From positions 26,015 to 90,014 of the forward strand of contig DIXU01000017.1 in NCBI GenBank assembly GCA_002436105.1: a stretch of 64,000 bases of DNA, read 5' to 3'. The DNA is from Candidatus Aminicenantes bacterium UBA6072. Lineage in GTDB: Bacteria; Acidobacteriota; Aminicenantia; UBA2199. Made by a program: the position numbers and the translations under genes. The first letter of the stretch is position 1. Every line of letters starts with the position of its first letter. A model generated the notes under the pieces. The model saw only the letters and a list, made by a program, of their open reading frames with translations, did not search any database and was not told the DNA's origin. Shown in pieces: positions 1-10,086 of this stretch.

Positions 1-1
1 G

Positions 2-1072
2 GTGGTGTTCCGGCAGCTGCGCTTCATCCAGGACAAAAACCTGGGCTTCGAGAGAGACCAGGTGCTGGTGCTGCAGAACGCCCATCTGCTGGACAAGCAG
101 GCCGAAGCGTTCAAGAACGAGATGCTGAAGCATCCGGGTGTGGTCAGCGCCACGATATCGGGATTTCTCCCCGTGCCTCCTTCCAACCGCGACAACAGCG
201 CTCTGTTCCCCAAAGGCGCCATAGAAAGCAGCCGCACGGTCATGGCCCAGAATTGGCGCATCGATCCCGACTACATCAAAACCATGGGCATGAATATCGC
301 GGCCGGCCGGGATTTCGCCAAGGAGCGCCCCGCCGACCGGGAGGCCGTGATCATCAACCAGGCCGCGGCCCGCCAGTTCGGCTGGCGGGAGCCGCGGGGC
401 CGGCAGATCAGCTTTCCCCAAGACAGCCAATTAAAGTCATTCCGCGACCGGACCGTGATCGGCGTGGTCGAGGATTTCCACTTCGATTCCCTGCGCAGCC
501 CCATCGGCCCGCTGGTGATGTTCCTGGGCGAGAGCAACGACCGGATATCGTTTCGCTTCCAGGCCCGCCAGACCACCGCGGTGCTCGCCGGCTTGAAGCG
601 GCTATGGCAGCGTTTCGCTCCCGGTCAACCCTTTGAATATGCTTTCATGGACGAGCGTTTTGCCGAGCTCTATGGCGCGGAACTACGCCTGGGCACGATC
701 CTCGGCGTGTTCTCAGCCCTGGCCATCCTGGTCGCCTGCCTGGGCCTGCTGGCCCTGGCCTCGTTCATGGCCGAGCGCCGCACCAAGGAGATCGGCATCC
801 GCAAGGTCCTGGGAGCGAGCGTTGCAGAAATCACTCTCCTGCTCTCGCGCGAATTCGTCAAATGGGTAGTCATCGCCGCCCTGATCGCCTGGCCCTTGGC
901 TTTTTATGCAATGAATCGCTGGCTCCGGGGATTTGCCTACCGCACCGACGTCAGTATCGGCTTGTTCATGCTTTCCAGCCTATTGGTCCTGCTGATCGCC
1001 CTGTTGACAGTAAGTTTCCAGGCCGTCCGCGCCGCCCGCGCCAACCCGGTCGACAGCCTGAGGTACGAGTGA
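2..1072 (+). CDS. ABC transporter permease, FtsX/MacB family (C-terminal part; 5' end lies outside the window)
   Basis: ORF runs off the window start. Ends with the ANPVDSLRYE tail and FtsX-type TM helices shared with the downstream paralogs. Confidence 0.8.
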   Translation: MVFRQLRFIQDKNLGFERDQVLVLQNAHLLDKQAEAFKNEMLKHPGVVSATISGFLPVPPSNRDNSALFPKGAIESSRTVMAQNWRIDPDYIKTMGMNIAAGRDFAKERPADREAVIINQAAARQFGWREPRGRQISFPQDSQLKSFRDRTVIGVVEDFHFDSLRSPIGPLVMFLGESNDRISFRFQARQTTAVLAGLKRLWQRFAPGQPFEYAFMDERFAELYGAELRLGTILGVFSALAILVACLGLLALASFMAERRTKEIGIRKVLGASVAEITLLLSREFVKWVVIAALIAWPLAFYAMNRWLRGFAYRTDVSIGLFMLSSLLVLLIALLTVSFQAVRAARANPVDSLRYE

Positions 1073-1085
1073 CCCGAGGTGAAAT

Positions 1086-3497
1086 ATGTTCAGAAACTAT
1101 TTACTGACCGCCTGGCGCAACATCGTCCGCCACAAGGGGTACTCCCTGATCACCATCGCCGGGTTCGCGCTGGGACTGGCCTGCTGCCTGACGATCATGC
1201 TGTACATCCTGGACGAGATGTCCTACGATCGTTTCTATCCCAACGCCGACCGCACGGTCCGCATCGACGTCGACGCATCCTGGGCCGACAACACGGCGAG
1301 CATGGCCACCACCAGCGCGCCCCTGGCCGCCCTGATCCGGCGCGAGATCCCCGAGGTCGAGGCCGTCACCCGCTTCCGATACTATGGGGCTCCGGTGCTG
1401 CGCCACGGTGAAAAGTGCTTCAGCGAAGAGCGCTTTTTTTTCGCCGACCCCACCTTCTTCGACGTGTTCTCCGTTTCCTTCATCCAGGGCGACCCCCGGC
1501 ATGCCCTCGCGCAGCCCAATGCCGTCGCCATCAGCCTTTCCATGGCCCGCAAGTATTTCGGCTCCGCTGAAGCGCTGGGCAAGGTGCTGACCGCCGACAA
1601 CCGCCGGGACTACATCGTCAGCGGGGTTTTCGCCGACCTGCCGCCGCAGACCCACTTTCATTACGACTTCATCGCTCCCTTCGGCAACCGCAGGGACACT
1701 CAGGTGGACAGCTATGCCACCAACAACAATTTCAGCACCTATCTCAGGCTGCGGCCCGACATCACCATCACCCGGTTCGCGGCCAAACTCGACCGCCTGG
1801 TACAAACCTTCGCCCACCCCGAGCTCGAAAAGCTGTTCGGCAACAGCTGGGCGAAGCTGACGCAAGGGGGGGCGTATTTCCGCTGGCTGCCCCGGCCCCT
1901 GACCGATATCCACCTGCGCTCCCACCGCGATTTCGAGATCGAGACCAACTCGGACATCCGTTATGTTTATGTCTTCAGCCTGATCGCTTTCGCCATCTTC
2001 GTGCTCGCCTGCGTCAACTTCATCAACCTGACGACCGCCCGCGCCACCACCCGGGCCCGCGAGGTGGGCATCCGCAAGAGCATCGGCTCTAGCCGCGGCG
2101 AGCTGGTGCGGCAATTTTTCAGCGAGATCCTGCTGCTGGTGTTCCTGGCCGTCCTGATCGCCGTGGTCCTGGCCCAGCTGCTTTCGCCGTATCTTGGCCT
2201 GTCCGCGGAAAAAGGCGCGCCGACGGCCGTTCTCGCCAACCGCTCCCTGCTGCCGCTGCTGGGCGGGCTGCTGCTCCTGAGCAGCCTGCTGGCCGGCGCG
2301 TATCCCGCTTTCCTGCTGTCGTCATTCAAGCCGGCGGCCGTGCTGAAAGGCGACCCGCTCATGAGCAAGAAGTCGACCCTGCGCGGCCTGCTGGTCGTCC
2401 TGCAGTTTTCCGTTTCGATCATCATGATCATCGGCACGCTGGTGGTCAGCCGGCAGCTGCATTTCATGCAGGACCGCGATCTCGGCTTCGGCAAGGAGCA
2501 GGTGCTGGTCATTCGCAAGGCGAACGACCTGGGCAAGGGGGTTCGCGCCTTCAAGCAGGAATTGCTGGCCCGCCCGGACGTCGTGTCCGTCAGCTCCGCG
2601 AGCCATTTGATGGGCGATCCCGAGTTCGGCGATGAGCTTTACAAGAATCCCGACGCTCCCGCCGCCCAGCTGATGAAACTGCAGCGGCTGTTCTGCGACG
2701 AGAATTTCGCCAGGGTCTTTCAGCTGCGCCTGGCCGGCGGCCGCTTCTTCGACAAGTCCCGGCCGGCCGACCGCAAGGGCATCGTCATCAACGAGGCGGC
2801 GGCCCGGGCCCTGGGAATGAGCGATCCCGCGGGAAAGCAACTGATCTCGATGGGCGGGGAGAGGATCCCCGTCCTGGGCGTGGTCAAGGACTTCCATTTT
2901 CAATCCCTGCGCCAGAGAATCCTGCCCATGGCCATCAATTACTGGGGCGAAGACGCCTTCGGCCCGCTGCTGGCGGTGCGCATCGCGACACCCGACATGC
3001 GGCAAGCGCTGGCGGGCATCCGGCGCATCTGGGAACGCCACAGCCGCGGCCAGTCCTTTGATTTCCAGTTTTTCGACGATCGCTTCGCCAGGGTCTATGC
3101 GGCCGAATCGCGGCTTTCCGGGCAGCTGCTCGCTTTCTCGATCCTGGCCATCGTCATTGCCTGCCTGGGGCTCCTCGGGCTTTCAATCTTCATCGTCCGC
3201 CAGCGTACCAAGGAGATCGGCATCCGCAAGGTGCTGGGCGCCTCCATGACGAGGATCAGCTGGCTGCTGTCGGGGGAATTCCTCAAGCATGTCCTCCTGG
3301 CCAGCGTCATCGCCTGCCCCATCGCCTATTTCCTCATGAAGCGCTGGCTGGGCGACTTTGCCTTCCGCATCGGGCTCGATGCCGGGCCCTTTGCCTTGGC
3401 TGTCCTGATCACCGTGGGCGTGAGCCTCGCGACCATCGGCGTGCAGGTCGTGCGCGCGGCGCGCGCCAACCCCGTCGACAGTCTGAGATATGAATGA
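1086..3497 (+). CDS. MacB-like ABC transporter permease with duplicated FtsX domains (~800 aa)
   Basis: 803-aa ORF. N-terminal motif M-x-NYLK/LTAWRNI-x-HKGYS, two FtsX-like 4-TM blocks each preceded by a large extracytoplasmic domain, C-terminal ANPVDSLRYE. A 13-nt gap separates it from the upstream paralog. Confidence 0.85.
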   Translation: MFRNYLLTAWRNIVRHKGYSLITIAGFALGLACCLTIMLYILDEMSYDRFYPNADRTVRIDVDASWADNTASMATTSAPLAALIRREIPEVEAVTRFRYYGAPVLRHGEKCFSEERFFFADPTFFDVFSVSFIQGDPRHALAQPNAVAISLSMARKYFGSAEALGKVLTADNRRDYIVSGVFADLPPQTHFHYDFIAPFGNRRDTQVDSYATNNNFSTYLRLRPDITITRFAAKLDRLVQTFAHPELEKLFGNSWAKLTQGGAYFRWLPRPLTDIHLRSHRDFEIETNSDIRYVYVFSLIAFAIFVLACVNFINLTTARATTRAREVGIRKSIGSSRGELVRQFFSEILLLVFLAVLIAVVLAQLLSPYLGLSAEKGAPTAVLANRSLLPLLGGLLLLSSLLAGAYPAFLLSSFKPAAVLKGDPLMSKKSTLRGLLVVLQFSVSIIMIIGTLVVSRQLHFMQDRDLGFGKEQVLVIRKANDLGKGVRAFKQELLARPDVVSVSSASHLMGDPEFGDELYKNPDAPAAQLMKLQRLFCDENFARVFQLRLAGGRFFDKSRPADRKGIVINEAAARALGMSDPAGKQLISMGGERIPVLGVVKDFHFQSLRQRILPMAINYWGEDAFGPLLAVRIATPDMRQALAGIRRIWERHSRGQSFDFQFFDDRFARVYAAESRLSGQLLAFSILAIVIACLGLLGLSIFIVRQRTKEIGIRKVLGASMTRISWLLSGEFLKHVLLASVIACPIAYFLMKRWLGDFAFRIGLDAGPFALAVLITVGVSLATIGVQVVRAARANPVDSLRYE

Positions 3498-3569
3498 AGT
3501 TGCAGAGCGCAAAGCGCTTCTTTGCTATGCGCTATGCTCTCTGCGCTATGCAATTGCTAGAGGCAACCC

Positions 3570-6005
3570 ATGTTTAATAACTATCTGAAAGTCGCCTGGC
3601 GGAATATCATCCTCCACAAAGGCTATTCATTCCTGAATGTCTTCGGCCTGGCCGTGGGCATGGCCTGCGCCCTGTTCGTCCTATTCTGGGTCCAGGACGA
3701 ACTGAGTTTCGACCGCTTCCACGCCAACGCCGGCACCCTTTACCGGGTCGAACAGGATCAAGCGACCGGCCAGGGAAAGTTCCACGTCAACCTCACGCCG
3801 TATCCCCTGGGGCCGGCCTTGAAGGCGGAGATCCCTGAAATAAAGGAAGCGACGCGGGCCGCCTTTCCGGGGGATTTGCTGGTTCGCTACGGGGAGAACG
3901 CTTTTTTCGAGAGCCGGGTGCTCGCCGTCGACCCCCAGGTTTTCCGGATGTTCACCTTTCCGCTGCTCAAGGGCGACCCGGCGACCGTCCTCAACCGGCC
4001 CGCTTCCCTGGTGATCAGCGAAAACATGGCCAGGAAATATTTCGGCTCCGCCGAACCCATGGGCAAGAACGTGACCATCAACAACGCCCATGCCTTCACG
4101 GTCACCGGCGTCATGAAGAACCTTCCCCTGAACTCCTCATTGTCGTTCGACATGCTGGTCCCCTTCGATTTCGTCAAGACCCTGGGTCAATACAACGATT
4201 CCTTGGGGAGAAATTTCATCTGGACCTTTGTCCAGCTTCATCCTCAAGGCCATGCCGCCACGACCGGAGCAAAGATCTCCCGGCTGGTCACGAACCGGAT
4301 CGTCGCCGAAATCGGAAGCGACCCCGAACTGCAAAAGCGGATGCAGGGCGATCCGGCCCTGCGAAAACGTTTTGAGAATTACCGCGGTCCGGACTTTTCG
4401 CTCATGCCCCTGGTCGACCTGAAGCTGTTCGCTCATTTCGGCTTCAGCCGCAATAACATGGGCATCCAGTACGTGGTGGCCTTCAGCATCATCGCCCTCT
4501 TCGTCCTGCTCATCGCCTGCATCAACTTCATGAACCTGGCCACGGCCCGCTCGGTCAACCGGGCCAGGGAGGTCGGTCTGCGCAAGGTCGTCGGCGCCCG
4601 GCGCAGAAGCATCATCGGCCAGTTTTACAGCGAATCGATCCTGACCGCCCTCCTGGCCGCGGCGGCCTCGTTCGTTCTCGTGCTTCTTTTTTTGCCGGTT
4701 TTCAATGGCCTTTCCGGAAAAACGATGACGCTCGCATCCCTGTGGCAGGGGAAATCCCTGCTGGGAATCCTGGCCGTCACCCTTTTTACCGGGATCGTCG
4801 CCGGCAGCTACCCGGCCCTTTTCCTTTCCTCATTCCAGCCCGCCAAGGTCCTGAAAGCCGGCAGGAGCGGCGGCGCCAAGGGCGCCTTGCTGCGCAAGAG
4901 CCTGGTCGTTCTCCAGTTCGGCATATCCATCCTCCTGCTCATCGGCATGGGGGTTGTCGCGCGCCAGGTCGACTATATGAGAAACAAGAAGCTCGGCTAC
5001 GACAAGGATCAACTGATCTACCTGCCGCTGCGCGGCGAGACATTTTCCTCCTACGCCGCCCTCAAGGAGCAGCTGCTCCGCAATCCCCGGGTCATGAACG
5101 TAACGGCGACCCACCAGGAGCCGACATCCATCGGCAGCAACGGCGGCGGGGCCGACTGGGACGGCAAGGACCCCGGCCAGAAATTCCTGATCGGCAATGC
5201 GTCGGTCGATTTCGATTATCCCGAGACCCTGAAGATCGAGATGGCGGCCGGCAGAACGTTTTCCAGGAAATTCGCCATGGACAGCGGCAAGTCCTGGATG
5301 GTCAATGAAGAGGTGACGAAGCTGATGGGGCTTGACCCCGCCGCGGCGGTCGGGAAAAGATTCACTTGGGGAGTGGAGGGAACGATCGTCGGGGTCATGA
5401 AAAATTTTCATTACCAGTCGGTCCGCAGCGCCATCGAGCCGCTGGCCGTGATCGTCGCTCCGGAAAATTTCCGTTTTGCCATCGTCCGCCTCAAGGCGGG
5501 AGAGGTTCCGGCCTCCCTGCAGGACGTCAGGAAAACCTGGCAACGCGTGTTCCCGCAGTACCCTTTCGAATACCGTTTCTTCGATGAAGATTTCGGCCGG
5601 ATGTACCAGGCCGACGAAAGCATGGGCTCGCTGCTGAAGGCATTCGCCGGCCTGGCCGTGATCATCGCCTGCCTGGGGTTGTTCGGCCTGGCTTCCTACA
5701 CGGCGGAGCAGCGGACCAAGGAGATCGGCGTGCGCAAGTTTTTGGGGGCGTCTTCCCCGGGCATCGTCCTGCTTTTTTCGAAACAGTTCGCCAAATGGGT
5801 CCTGCTGGCCAACCTGCTGGCCTGGCCTTGCGCCTATATCCTGACAAAAAACTGGCTCCAGGGATTCGCCTACCGGTCGACCGTCGCCTGGTGGCTGTTC
5901 GCCCTGACCGGTGCCGGGACCCTGATCATTGCCCTGCTGACCGTGAGTTTCCAGGCCGTCCGCGCCGCCCGCGCCAACCCGGTGGACAGTTTGAGGTACG
6001 AATAA
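3570..6005 (+). CDS. MacB-like double-FtsX ABC permease (paralog)
   Basis: 811-aa ORF with the same N-terminal (MFNNYLKVAWRNIILHKGYS) and C-terminal (ANPVDSLRYE) signatures. Confidence 0.85.
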   Translation: MFNNYLKVAWRNIILHKGYSFLNVFGLAVGMACALFVLFWVQDELSFDRFHANAGTLYRVEQDQATGQGKFHVNLTPYPLGPALKAEIPEIKEATRAAFPGDLLVRYGENAFFESRVLAVDPQVFRMFTFPLLKGDPATVLNRPASLVISENMARKYFGSAEPMGKNVTINNAHAFTVTGVMKNLPLNSSLSFDMLVPFDFVKTLGQYNDSLGRNFIWTFVQLHPQGHAATTGAKISRLVTNRIVAEIGSDPELQKRMQGDPALRKRFENYRGPDFSLMPLVDLKLFAHFGFSRNNMGIQYVVAFSIIALFVLLIACINFMNLATARSVNRAREVGLRKVVGARRRSIIGQFYSESILTALLAAAASFVLVLLFLPVFNGLSGKTMTLASLWQGKSLLGILAVTLFTGIVAGSYPALFLSSFQPAKVLKAGRSGGAKGALLRKSLVVLQFGISILLLIGMGVVARQVDYMRNKKLGYDKDQLIYLPLRGETFSSYAALKEQLLRNPRVMNVTATHQEPTSIGSNGGGADWDGKDPGQKFLIGNASVDFDYPETLKIEMAAGRTFSRKFAMDSGKSWMVNEEVTKLMGLDPAAAVGKRFTWGVEGTIVGVMKNFHYQSVRSAIEPLAVIVAPENFRFAIVRLKAGEVPASLQDVRKTWQRVFPQYPFEYRFFDEDFGRMYQADESMGSLLKAFAGLAVIIACLGLFGLASYTAEQRTKEIGVRKFLGASSPGIVLLFSKQFAKWVLLANLLAWPCAYILTKNWLQGFAYRSTVAWWLFALTGAGTLIIALLTVSFQAVRAARANPVDSLRYE

Positions 6006-6020
6006 GTCAAGGAGGATCCC

Positions 6021-8423
6021 ATGAGCAGAAATTATTTGAAATTGGCCCTGCGCGTTATCCGCCGCCAGAAGGGGTATTCGCTCATCAACACGATCGGCCT
6101 GGCCATCGGCATGGCCTGCTGCCTGCTGATCATGCTCTGGGTGCAAAACGAGCTTTCATATGATCGCTTCCATGATAAAGGAGACCGCATCTTCCGGGTG
6201 TTCCAGGAGCTCACCCTGAATGACCGGGTACGAACCGCCCCTGAAACTGGCGCCATGATGGGCCCGGCCGCAATCCAGTCGATTCCCGAGGCCGAAGCGG
6301 CCGCTCGCATCCTTCCCATGGCGGACACCACCGTCAAGTACGGCGAGAAGGAATTTCGCGAGAATCATATCCTGTTCACCGACTCGGAGATATTTTCCGT
6401 TTTCAGTTTTCCCCTGGTCTCCGGACATTCTGCTACGGCGTTGACGGCGCCCTATACGGTTGTGCTTTCCGAAAAGACGGCCCGCAAGTACTTCGGCGCC
6501 GAAAACCCGCTCGGTAAAGTGCTTCAATTTGGGGGCGGCCACGCGTATTCCGTCACCGGCGTCATGAAGGATGTGCCCCGCAATTCTCATTTGACGTTTG
6601 ACATTCTCTGCTCGTTCGCCAGCTATGCGAAAGAGAACGAATACAATGCGTCCTATTGGGGGAACATGGAGACGTATACCTATTTCTTGCTGGCTCCGGG
6701 GGCTGACAGCCGTTCTTTTCTGGCCAAGCTGAACCGCCTGAGCGACGAGAATATCGGCAATAAATTGAAGAAGATCAACGGAGGCCTGAAGGTATTCCTG
6801 CAGCCACTGCGCGACATTCACCTGCATTCGGGTTTTGAATCCGACATGGCCGAGATCAACGACATAAAGACCGTGATCCTGTTCTCCGGAATCGCCCTGT
6901 TCATCCTGCTTATCGCCTGCATCAATTTCATCAATCTCGCGACCGCCCGCTTCGCCAACCGCGCTTTGGAAGTGGGACTGCGCAAGACCATGGGCGCCAG
7001 CCGCAGCTCCCTGGTCCTGCACTTTTTCGTCGAGACGTTCGTTGTCGCCATGCTGGCCGCCGTACTGGCCATCCTGCTGACAGCCCTGGCCCTGCCCGTG
7101 CTGAATTCCATTGCCGGCCAGGAGTTCCCTTACTCCGCCCTCTCGCAGCCCCTCTTTCTCCTGAGCGTCTTCCTCTTCACGGCCATGGTCGGCGTTCTCG
7201 CCGGCAGTTATCCGGCCTTCTTCCTTTCCTCTTTCGCCCCGGTGCAGACCATGAAGGGCAAGCTCAAGGCCGGCGCGGCCAGCGCCACCTTCCGCAGGAT
7301 CCTGGTGGTCGGGCAGTTCACGGTCTCCATCGCCCTGATCATCGGCACCCTCACCGTTTTCAAGCAGCTCCGTTTCATCCAGAACAAAAATCTGGGATTC
7401 ACCAAGGAGCAGGTGATGGTGCTGCCGCTGCCCGATAGAATGGCGGTAACGCGGGAGACGGTGCGGGAGGAATTCGCCGCCGTAAATGGGATCACAAACG
7501 CGGCGATATCATCGGACGTACCGGGCGTTGACATCAACATGAACAATTACATTCCTCAAGGAAAAACCGAAAGCGAAGGGGTGCTGATGCAGACGATGGC
7601 TGTGGATGACCATTTCCTGACCACCTTGGGGATGACAATCGTGAAAGGCCGGAATTTTTCTGGGGACATGAAAACAGATGCCAACGAAGCCCTTCTGATC
7701 AACGAGACCGCCGCGGACCGCTTGGGCTGGCAGGACCCCATCGGGAAAATCGTGACCCGCCCCGCCTTCTCGAATGGAAAACACGTTTCTATTAAAAGGA
7801 AGATCGTGGGGGTGGTGAAGGACTTCCACACCCTTTCCCTGCATCAGAAGATCGAGCCCCTGGTCATGGACAACTCTTCTTGGGGATTGCGCTTTTTATC
7901 ACTGCGTTTTGAAGGCCAACGCCTTCCTGAACTCATCACTGCTGTGAAGGCAAAGTGGCGGCAATTCTTTCCCGCGATAGGTTTCGATCCTTTCTTTCTG
8001 GATGAGGCTTTCGCCCGGAGATACCAAGCCGAGGAACGGCTCAACAAGATCTTCAGCTCTTTTGCCATCCTGGCCATCTTCATTTCCTGCCTGGGATTGT
8101 TCGGCCTGGCCGCTTACATGACGGAGAGGCGGACCAAGGAGGTGGGCATCCGCAAGGTGCTCGGGGCGCCGGTTTCCGGCATCGTGCTTCTGTTGTCGCG
8201 TGAATTCAGCATATGGGTGCTGGCCGCCAACCTCGTCTCCTGGCCACTGGCCTATCATTTCCTCACCCGCTGGCTGGAAGGCTTCGCCTACCATGCCCGC
8301 ATCGGCATCGGCATCTTCCTGGTATCTGGCTTTTCCGTCCTGCTCATCGCCCTGCTGACCGTGAGTTTCCAGGCCATTCGCGCCGCCCGCGCCAACCCGG
8401 TCGACAGCCTGAGGTACGAATGA
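6021..8423 (+). CDS. MacB-like double-FtsX ABC permease (paralog)
   Basis: 800-aa ORF with the same architecture. GGAGG RBS upstream (caaggaggatcccATG). Confidence 0.85.
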   Translation: MSRNYLKLALRVIRRQKGYSLINTIGLAIGMACCLLIMLWVQNELSYDRFHDKGDRIFRVFQELTLNDRVRTAPETGAMMGPAAIQSIPEAEAAARILPMADTTVKYGEKEFRENHILFTDSEIFSVFSFPLVSGHSATALTAPYTVVLSEKTARKYFGAENPLGKVLQFGGGHAYSVTGVMKDVPRNSHLTFDILCSFASYAKENEYNASYWGNMETYTYFLLAPGADSRSFLAKLNRLSDENIGNKLKKINGGLKVFLQPLRDIHLHSGFESDMAEINDIKTVILFSGIALFILLIACINFINLATARFANRALEVGLRKTMGASRSSLVLHFFVETFVVAMLAAVLAILLTALALPVLNSIAGQEFPYSALSQPLFLLSVFLFTAMVGVLAGSYPAFFLSSFAPVQTMKGKLKAGAASATFRRILVVGQFTVSIALIIGTLTVFKQLRFIQNKNLGFTKEQVMVLPLPDRMAVTRETVREEFAAVNGITNAAISSDVPGVDINMNNYIPQGKTESEGVLMQTMAVDDHFLTTLGMTIVKGRNFSGDMKTDANEALLINETAADRLGWQDPIGKIVTRPAFSNGKHVSIKRKIVGVVKDFHTLSLHQKIEPLVMDNSSWGLRFLSLRFEGQRLPELITAVKAKWRQFFPAIGFDPFFLDEAFARRYQAEERLNKIFSSFAILAIFISCLGLFGLAAYMTERRTKEVGIRKVLGAPVSGIVLLLSREFSIWVLAANLVSWPLAYHFLTRWLEGFAYHARIGIGIFLVSGFSVLLIALLTVSFQAIRAARANPVDSLRYE

Positions 8424-8496
8424 TGGAGACCGGAGGCCGGAGACCGCAGACCGGAAGATGAAGGAAATCCAAAAAAGCTTGAGTCGTTAGGAGGCA

Positions 8497-8766
8497 ATGA
8501 TGAAAGAGATCACGTTGCAAATCCCCGTGCTGGAGGCCGAACAGAACGTCGAGATCGACGTGCGCATCAACGGCCGGCGCCAGGTGATGAAATACCGCGT
8601 CGAGATCGTGGAGTTCGAGCCCGACGCCGCGGAAAAGAAGGACACCGTCTCCATGCTCAAGCAGGTGATCCGCGAGCACGATCCCGACTGGCAGCTGGTG
8701 CAGATCGGCGCCCCGCTCGACCACAAGATCCCGGTCACCTTCCGCCGGAAGCAGTCTTCCCAGTGA
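8497..8766 (+). CDS. small acidic hypothetical protein (89 aa) inside the ABC cluster
   Basis: Strong RBS (taggaggcaATGATG). No signal peptide or TM helix. Normal amino-acid composition, unlike the GC-artefact ORFs elsewhere. No family recognised. Confidence 0.5.
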   Translation: MMKEITLQIPVLEAEQNVEIDVRINGRRQVMKYRVEIVEFEPDAAEKKDTVSMLKQVIREHDPDWQLVQIGAPLDHKIPVTFRRKQSSQ

Positions 8767-8959
8767 GCAACGAAGCCAATGTCCGGAAGCGGACACCCAT
8801 TGTCCCGATTGCGGACAAGCCGGGGCAACGGGAAACGGCCGCCCCGGAAGCGGGCCGCAAACCTTGCGCCCTGAAGGGTTTTCATCGCCGATTCCCGCTC
8901 CGAATTGGCATGCTTATTGCATGACAATGATTGGGAACGATCCCCAAGGAAGGTGGCGG

Positions 8960-9177
8960 ATGAGCCTTAAGGAAATACTCATGAAGCTGGTCGAACAAAA
9001 GAGCCCGCTATTGCTTTGCGACAGCCAGAGCGAATGGGAGGCCGAGTCGCTGCTGGGTTCATTGCCCGCGCCCAGGCTGTCGGCCTCCGCCTACCTGCAG
9101 CCGGGCCTGTATATCGCCGAGATCAACGAGGGCGGCTACCTGGGGCGGGTGCTGTACAAGCTCAAGGAGAAGCCGGC

Positions 9178-9181
<4 letters not shown>
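8960..9181 (+). CDS. small hypothetical protein (73 aa), translationally coupled to the ABC ATPase
   Basis: In-frame ATG at 8960 preceded by GGAAGGTGG. Its stop (9179-9181) overlaps the ATG of the ATPase gene as ATGA. The ORF track gives a longer 8864 start. Confidence 0.45.
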
Positions 9182-9912
<731 letters not shown>

Positions 9913-10086
9913 AACAGCTCCTTTTCTTCCTGCTGCTGCTCATTGTCCTGCTGAGCACGTCCGCCTGAGGAGGCCTGAAGCATAATGAACCGCAAAACAG
10001 AGAATCGGTCTGCCGGCCGGACCGGGCCGCGGTCCCAAGGCTCACGACCCGAATCGCTCGGCCGCCGGGGCTACTGGAAGCTGCTC

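Noticed and set aside
1101-2114. Long antisense ORFs opposite real genes (for example 1101..2114-, 4830..6146-, 10042..11946-, 22362..24563-, 31497..33641+, 38138..40405+, 42882..45368+, 47007..49907+, 57680..60073-, 60260..61570-)
   Set aside because: These are typical high-GC open antisense frames. Their products are Arg/Gly/Ala/Pro/Asp-rich with no motifs, and each fully overlaps a well-supported gene on the other strand.
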